NCBI RefSeq assembly: GCF_047245525.1
Contig: NZ_JBKTQL010000005.1
DNA from: Eubacterium sp.
GTDB lineage: Bacteria; Bacillota; Clostridia; Lachnospirales; Lachnospiraceae
Strand: one strand, 5' to 3'
Length of the DNA: 64,000 bases
Part shown: one piece after another, positions 58,500 to 64,000 of the stretch
How the letters are laid out: each line of letters opens with the position of its first letter
Position numbering within the stretch: position 1 is the stretch's first letter
Translations under genes and position numbers: made by a program
Notes under the pieces: generated by a model
Told to the model about the DNA's origin: nothing
Seen by the model: only the letters and a program-made list of their open reading frames with translations
The model's database searches: none

Positions 58500-61061
58500 T
58501 TATATAACACGTTTAATATCTTTTTTATTTGTAATCTTTAAGTTTGGAAGAGATCTTCTAAAAGCATATTCCCTTACTTTCTTTTTAATCTCACGACGCT
58601 GTGGCTTATGTTCCTTATCAGTGGTCTTCCAGATTTCATCTTCCTCTCTTGTAATAAACTTGCAGTATTTATAAATGAAATAAGTTACCTTCTTATTATA
58701 CTCCTCAAAGAACCATTCATTCATTAATGTATGGAAATATACATCTCTAATGGCAAACACTACATTTTCGCCATTATTTTCTTCAATAAACTTATCATAT
58801 TCTTCTTTTGTATCAATTCTTTCAAGCTGTACGCAAACCTTTCGTTCTATATCTTTGTTAAAGCCATAGTCTTCTATGTCTACACCTCTTGTGCTTCCTG
58901 TCATAATACAGTCCAAAATATTCTTTGTCGCATCTATTGATTCTCTCTTCAAAATCTTGTCAAAATAATCTTTATTCTTACTGTAATCCTGACTGAAAAT
59001 TTCGTCATTCTTAATTATCTTACAAAGCTTATCAATATCATAAACAAGTTCAAACGGTAAATCCTTAATATCTAAGTACATACCTCTTTCATCCATATAT
59101 TCATCATAATCAAAAGCAAATAAGATAATTGGCTTACCTGTAATTGAATAATCAAAGAATATACTTGAATAGTCAGTAATCAAAGCATCCGTACTATTAA
59201 TAAATTCATAGTTTGGAACATCATTTGGGAAAGGTTTAATATACTTAAATTCATTGTAATCAATATCTTCCTTTGTATTAGGATGAAGATTTACAAACAT
59301 AACATGATTTTCATCCAAAACTTCATCAAACTGCTTTAATATCTTTGTAAACATATCTGATTTTGCAATCTTATAACTGTTAGCCCCACGCCATGTTGGC
59401 ATATAAGCATAAACTGTTTTTCCTTCAAGTCCTAATTTCTTCTTAACTTCAACTCCTGCTTCCTTATCACTGAATATGCAGTTTCTTGGATATCCACCTA
59501 CAACAGTTTTTCCTGTGTACAGTTTGTCCAAATTATAATCTTCCATCATATGTTCCTTTGTGTATTCATTAGGGAACAGCAAATGACTTGCCTGAAGGAA
59601 GTTATGCTGGATATTATTCATGGACTCTATTCCCTTTTTCATATTTTTTCCAAGGGTCTTAAGTGGTGTTCCATGCCATGTATTCAGATAAACCTGCTCA
59701 TCCTTTCTAATAAACCAAAGCGGGAATGAAACATTGTTAATTAAGTACTTAGCCGTTGCAAGAACCTTATAGTATTTCTTGCTGGATAGTTTAACAAGCT
59801 TAACATTAAGCTTGTTTGCCTTAATGAACTTTTTATTTAATTTATAATTCGTTGCTGTCGTTGTGCAGTATATTTCATATTTCTTACCACTGGCAAGCAT
59901 CTCCTTCATAATTGCATAAGGAGAATCTGAGATATTTTTTCCATGGAATGATTCAATAAGAACACGGTTATTTACAACCTTGTCGTTCTCAAAATACTTA
60001 ACATATTCATATCTCAGCTCACCACCACGTCTGTAGTGTTTCTGATCCCATTCCTTGAATTTTACAACCCATGTATATGGCATTCTTGCAACAAACCACC
60101 AATATGCCTTTCTCTTATAGAACCAACGTTTAACATTTCTATCAAGTGGCAAACCAAATCTCTGGTATGTTCCGGAATTTTTCTTCCAGTCCGGGAAGTA
60201 CTTATTCAGTACACCAAAGCCTTCCTTTACCAGTTTCTTTTTCATCTTCCTGTCATCAAATCTGTCAAATTCAATAAATCTGAAGTAAGTATGTCTTAAA
60301 GTAATAACTACAAGTCTGTCTCTGAACTCATCAAAAAGTCCTGCATCCTTAAATCTCTGATTAAACAAATCAAGAGATTTCATTATAAGTACCTTTGATT
60401 TATTAAATGTAGCTGTTATAGAGTCTTTTCTTTCAACTATATAGTAGTAAAGCTGCTCGTCTACCTTTGACACTCTGTTTGCCATTGCAATGAGAAGATA
60501 CATTGTAGGAATATCCTCATAAATATATCCCTTCGGGAACTGAACTCCACTCCTCTTTAACAAATCCCACTTAACAAGTTTGTTCCATGCATATGGTGCG
60601 CTCATTTCTATAAGCATAGGATTTTCACTTGCTGATTTTCCGTATTCATCCATATTACCATACTGTGCACGAGTCATTGTATATGTTGCATCATTAACTT
60701 TATAATATCCACATACGACAAGTTCTGAATCCTCTTCAATTGCTTTATTATATAGTTTCTCATACATTGTCTCGTCTACATAGTCGTCGCTATCAACAAA
60801 TGCAACATATTCACCTTCAACAAACTGCATTCCGTAGTTTCTTGCGTCTGAAAGTCCTCCATTTTCCTTAATATAGCCCTTCAACTTATCAGGATACTCT
60901 TTTTCAAATCTGTCAATAATCTCCTGACTGTTATCAGGACTTCCATCATTTACAACAATAATCTGTATGTCCTGTAACGTCTGATTCACTAATGAATTTA
61001 AGCATCTTTCCAAATATTTTTCTACATTGTAAACTGGAACAATTACGCTAACTTTTTTCAT
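58500..61061 (-). CDS. Bifunctional GT2 / CDP-glycerol glycerophosphotransferase
   Basis: VSVIVPVYNVE, NGGLSDARN, FVDSDD; WHGTPLK, GYPRN, YMPTWR, TDYSS. Confidence 0.9.
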   Translation of the reverse strand: MKKVSVIVPVYNVEKYLERCLNSLVNQTLQDIQIIVVNDGSPDNSQEIIDRFEKEYPDKLKGYIKENGGLSDARNYGMQFVEGEYVAFVDSDDYVDETMYEKLYNKAIEEDSELVVCGYYKVNDATYTMTRAQYGNMDEYGKSASENPMLIEMSAPYAWNKLVKWDLLKRSGVQFPKGYIYEDIPTMYLLIAMANRVSKVDEQLYYYIVERKDSITATFNKSKVLIMKSLDLFNQRFKDAGLFDEFRDRLVVITLRHTYFRFIEFDRFDDRKMKKKLVKEGFGVLNKYFPDWKKNSGTYQRFGLPLDRNVKRWFYKRKAYWWFVARMPYTWVVKFKEWDQKHYRRGGELRYEYVKYFENDKVVNNRVLIESFHGKNISDSPYAIMKEMLASGKKYEIYCTTTATNYKLNKKFIKANKLNVKLVKLSSKKYYKVLATAKYLINNVSFPLWFIRKDEQVYLNTWHGTPLKTLGKNMKKGIESMNNIQHNFLQASHLLFPNEYTKEHMMEDYNLDKLYTGKTVVGGYPRNCIFSDKEAGVEVKKKLGLEGKTVYAYMPTWRGANSYKIAKSDMFTKILKQFDEVLDENHVMFVNLHPNTKEDIDYNEFKYIKPFPNDVPNYEFINSTDALITDYSSIFFDYSITGKPIILFAFDYDEYMDERGMYLDIKDLPFELVYDIDKLCKIIKNDEIFSQDYSKNKDYFDKILKRESIDATKNILDCIMTGSTRGVDIEDYGFNKDIERKVCVQLERIDTKEEYDKFIEENNGENVVFAIRDVYFHTLMNEWFFEEYNKKVTYFIYKYCKFITREEDEIWKTTDKEHKPQRREIKKKVREYAFRRSLPNLKITNKKDIKRVI

Positions 61062-61613
61062 TTACTTCTCCTCTTTATACTTTCTAAGTTTTTCCCTAAT
61101 ATATTTAAATGTTTCTTCTTCTCCTTTTTCAGCATTCATTACAAGTAATGTTTCAATTTCATCTCTTGTCTTTAAATTAATGCTTTTATGGGGTTTTCTA
61201 TATTCAAAATATTCTAACGGAGACCTGTCAGTATATTGCTTTCCATTATAAATTTTACTTGCCGCTAATCTGTCGCAAAACATCTCTGCAACATAATTGT
61301 AAGGCATCTCAACAGGTTCATTACGCTTAGTTTCTAAATTATAATCAACCCAGAACTCATAATGATGCTTGTTTCTTCCTTTATGGTGCATCCATGCCAT
61401 AGAATATCCGTACTCCTCTCTTTCCCCTTCATTGGGACTACGGGTTCCGGTGTAATATCTGACCCCGGGAATAAATTCCTGCAAAGAATATTTTGACAAA
61501 TCATGTCGCAAACCCTGCCATAAAATACCGGCCTTTGCGCAATGTCTGATTACCATATGTCTGTGCCTTGTTATCGTCAAAAAATGACCTGTCAGTCTTT
61601 TAAAAAAATTCAT
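61062..61613 (-). CDS. DUF5662-like His-rich (HD-like) protein
   Basis: HDLSKY, AW.HHKGRNKHH.E.W, EM.CDR.AA. Confidence 0.75.
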   Translation of the reverse strand: MNFFKRLTGHFLTITRHRHMVIRHCAKAGILWQGLRHDLSKYSLQEFIPGVRYYTGTRSPNEGEREEYGYSMAWMHHKGRNKHHYEFWVDYNLETKRNEPVEMPYNYVAEMFCDRLAASKIYNGKQYTDRSPLEYFEYRKPHKSINLKTRDEIETLLVMNAEKGEEETFKYIREKLRKYKEEK

Positions 61614-61680
61614 ATAATTCTATAGTCTCCTAAACATCCTATGTATTATACCATATTTGGTCACATTTTTGAAATCTATG

Positions 61681-63231
61681 TTATACTCTTTCTTTTTTAC
61701 TTTTGAATTTCTCCAGAACATTTTGCAATCCTATTGGGGCTAATATTACATAGAAAGGAACGTATATATAGAAATATCTTGCCCTTGGCTCAAATAAAGT
61801 TTCAAACATGGTCAGACCTATAATAGACAATGCCATCACCAAAATTGCCTCATTTATATTCTTCTCTCTCCTCATACAGCTTAATGCACAAAGTAAAAGG
61901 CACATTATCCATGTAAACTGCTTGATTATTGCAAATATCCTATAATAGTCACCTGTGTTGTATATACATTTCTTCAGGAAACCTGATATGCCGGGAACTC
62001 TATCTTTGTATATTTTTTTGTAAAAATAACTTCCTGCCTCCTGTCCCCAGCCAAACATACCGTTACCATAGTTTGATACGGTCTTTCTCGTAATATGTTT
62101 TGCCATTCTTCCCGGAGTAAAAGATTTAAGACGTTTTATGCTCTCATCAATATTTGCCCTTTTTCTTTCCTCTTTGGTTTCAATTGTATTTGAAAAAACA
62201 ATATCATCCCTATTGTATATTCCACCGGATTCTTCATTTAATCCCATCATAAAAAAGTGAGTCATTCCAAACTCTGCTTCCTTATCAATATTAAACGAAA
62301 GTGTGGAAACAACCTTTCCAATACCAATGTTTAAAAGCATTACTACGACCATTGCCGGCACAACTGCCTTTATAAGGCGAAGGAATATCTTCTTATTATA
62401 TTCAGCATATATTGCCTGTATAATAACTATTGCAATAAATACTATTACTGTCTGAGGCTTTATTTTATAACCAATAAAAGTAATAACTATTATAAAAAAC
62501 CATTTAAGGTACGTATATTTTTCTGTCTTTAATGTTGTCCATATCCACAAAATAAGCACCGGAATAATTAATGCTATTGAATCTGAATATGGGACAATTG
62601 TCCAGAATGCTGAACCAACCAGAATAAAATAAAACGCCCATGTACACCATGCTGCTTTGTAGCTATTGCTTATTTTTTCTGCAATCTTAAATGTCAGAAA
62701 CCCTGTTATGGAATTCAAAACACACTGCCCTATTACTATCAGCTCTGTTCCTGTTTTTAGTGTTGACATCCCAATTAAATCTGCGAACTTATATGCAAGT
62801 ATAAATAAATATTCTAAGAATAAGTTATTTGGAAATCTTGAAAAGTAATCATTATTTAAATTTCCTATTTTATTATGTGCAATATTAAATGCATTTACCG
62901 TAAGTACTTCTGAATCCCAGCTTGTCAAAAAGAAAACACTATAGCAGACAAACAATTGCAACATAAGCAATACCAGTGACGCTATAATAATTGTTTTTGA
63001 TGATTTTAATATTTTAACATCATGAATGTTACTTCTTTTATATATGAAGCAAAACAAAATTACAAAAACAATTGCTATTAAAAGACAAATACCTGCGGGA
63101 ATCAAAAAATTCTGAACTGTAACATACGGACTTAAATAAGAAAAGCAGGCAACCATAAAGGTAACCATCAACATCATAATAACAAATACGAACTTGATGG
63201 CTGCCTGAAAAAAGCTTTTATAATTTTTCAT
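61681..63231 (-). CDS. Multi-TM membrane protein, probable GT-C glycosyltransferase
   Basis: WD, YF..FPNN, PYSD, IKP, MMGLN, FE.R.RY motifs. Confidence 0.7.
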   Translation of the reverse strand: MKNYKSFFQAAIKFVFVIMMLMVTFMVACFSYLSPYVTVQNFLIPAGICLLIAIVFVILFCFIYKRSNIHDVKILKSSKTIIIASLVLLMLQLFVCYSVFFLTSWDSEVLTVNAFNIAHNKIGNLNNDYFSRFPNNLFLEYLFILAYKFADLIGMSTLKTGTELIVIGQCVLNSITGFLTFKIAEKISNSYKAAWCTWAFYFILVGSAFWTIVPYSDSIALIIPVLILWIWTTLKTEKYTYLKWFFIIVITFIGYKIKPQTVIVFIAIVIIQAIYAEYNKKIFLRLIKAVVPAMVVVMLLNIGIGKVVSTLSFNIDKEAEFGMTHFFMMGLNEESGGIYNRDDIVFSNTIETKEERKRANIDESIKRLKSFTPGRMAKHITRKTVSNYGNGMFGWGQEAGSYFYKKIYKDRVPGISGFLKKCIYNTGDYYRIFAIIKQFTWIMCLLLCALSCMRREKNINEAILVMALSIIGLTMFETLFEPRARYFYIYVPFYVILAPIGLQNVLEKFKSKKERV

Positions 63232-63362
63232 AAGTAAATAATCTCCTCCCAAAACTATAAATAATATATATCGTACTTACCAAAAAATCAACAAAAAACG
63301 CCATATCAATTGAAAAACCCCATATCTTTATGTATAATTGACAGGTACGTAAGGAGGGTAAT

Positions 63363-64000
63363 ATGAAACCAAAACTGTATATAGTAATCCCTTGTTATAA
63401 CGAAGAGGAAGTTCTTCCTATAACAAAGAACCTATTTTTAAACAAATTAAAAGAACTTATATCTAAAGAAAAAATTAGCGATTCCAGTAGAATATTATTT
63501 GTAAATGACGGAAGTAAAGATTCTACATGGGATATAATCAAAAAATTGTCATCCGAAGATGAGCACTTTATTGGTATTACTCAAAGCAGAAACCGAGGTC
63601 ATCAGAACGCTGTTCTTGCCGGTTTAATGGAAGTCAAGGATAAATGTGATATTACAATATCCATCGATTGTGATGGTCAGGATGATATTAACGCCATGAA
63701 TGAAATGGTTGATGAATATTTAAACGGTTGTGAAATCGTTTATGGTGTCCGTTCAAAACGAGATACTGATACATTCTTTAAGAGAGCCACTGCTGAAGGC
63801 TTTTATAAATTCCTAAACTTTATGGGAGCAGAGGTTGTTTATAATCACGCAGATTACAGACTTGTAAGCAGCAGGGTTCTTCAGGAATTTTCTAATTTTA
63901 AGGAAGTTAATTTATTCTTAAGAGGAATGTTCCCGCTTGTTGGTTTTAAGAGTACTTCAGTATATTACGAAAGAAACGAACGTATTGCCGGTGAGAGCCA
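63363..64000 (+). CDS. GtrB-like GT2 glycosyltransferase (runs off window)
   Basis: AAGGAGG RBS; MKPKLYIVIPCYNEEE, VNDGSKD, SRNRGHQNA, IDCDGQDD. Confidence 0.9.
   Translation, partial: MKPKLYIVIPCYNEEEVLPITKNLFLNKLKELISKEKISDSSRILFVNDGSKDSTWDIIKKLSSEDEHFIGITQSRNRGHQNAVLAGLMEVKDKCDITISIDCDGQDDINAMNEMVDEYLNGCEIVYGVRSKRDTDTFFKRATAEGFYKFLNFMGAEVVYNHADYRLVSSRVLQEFSNFKEVNLFLRGMFPLVGFKSTSVYYERNERIAGES

Noticed and set aside
1118..62848. Numerous short ORFs antisense to or nested within confident genes (e.g. 3328-4023, 4532-5140, 26419-26973, 22613-22816, 25911-26210)
   Set aside because: Shadow frames of real genes or of palindromic repeats; no motifs or RBS.

Overview
Low-GC Firmicute chromosome segment; gene content and codon style suggest a gut Lachnospiraceae/Eubacterium-like organism (inference). 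(1) 1-5.1 kb holds accessory and housekeeping genes: a U32-like Cys-rich protein, a RibD-C reductase, a FakA-domain protein, alkD-like, sfsA and a cation/Ca antiporter. It also has an unannotated 23-aa Cys-rich ORF with a strong RBS. (2) About 5.1-15.5 kb is a heavily decayed accessory region next to the 3' end of rlmD. It contains abutting fragments of IS elements, a group II intron RT, GT8, AI-2E, IS110, a serine recombinase, KilA-N and Vsr, around an intact arsR-arsP-thioredoxin-arsC-marR-MATE cluster. (3) 15.6-33.7 kb is core genome: rlmD, yhaM, mutS2, a two-component system, a Spo0A-like gene, an XRE regulator, ferredoxin, dnaB-rplI-gdpP, pgi and mtnN. (4) 33.7-64 kb is a large teichoic-acid-like and surface-glycosylation region, interrupted by murG, HIT, rhomboid, LysR and an SsuABC-type transporter. 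The most striking non-coding signals are two copies of a long-hairpin element with a shared core but locus-specific arms (one arm is an inverted copy of the dnaB 3' coding sequence), a 73-bp tandem array with covarying hairpins, and the long 3' non-coding region of an IS110 (candidate bridge/seek RNA). No CRISPR array, rRNA or tRNA was recognised. All family calls come from motif recognition by eye, not from database searches.
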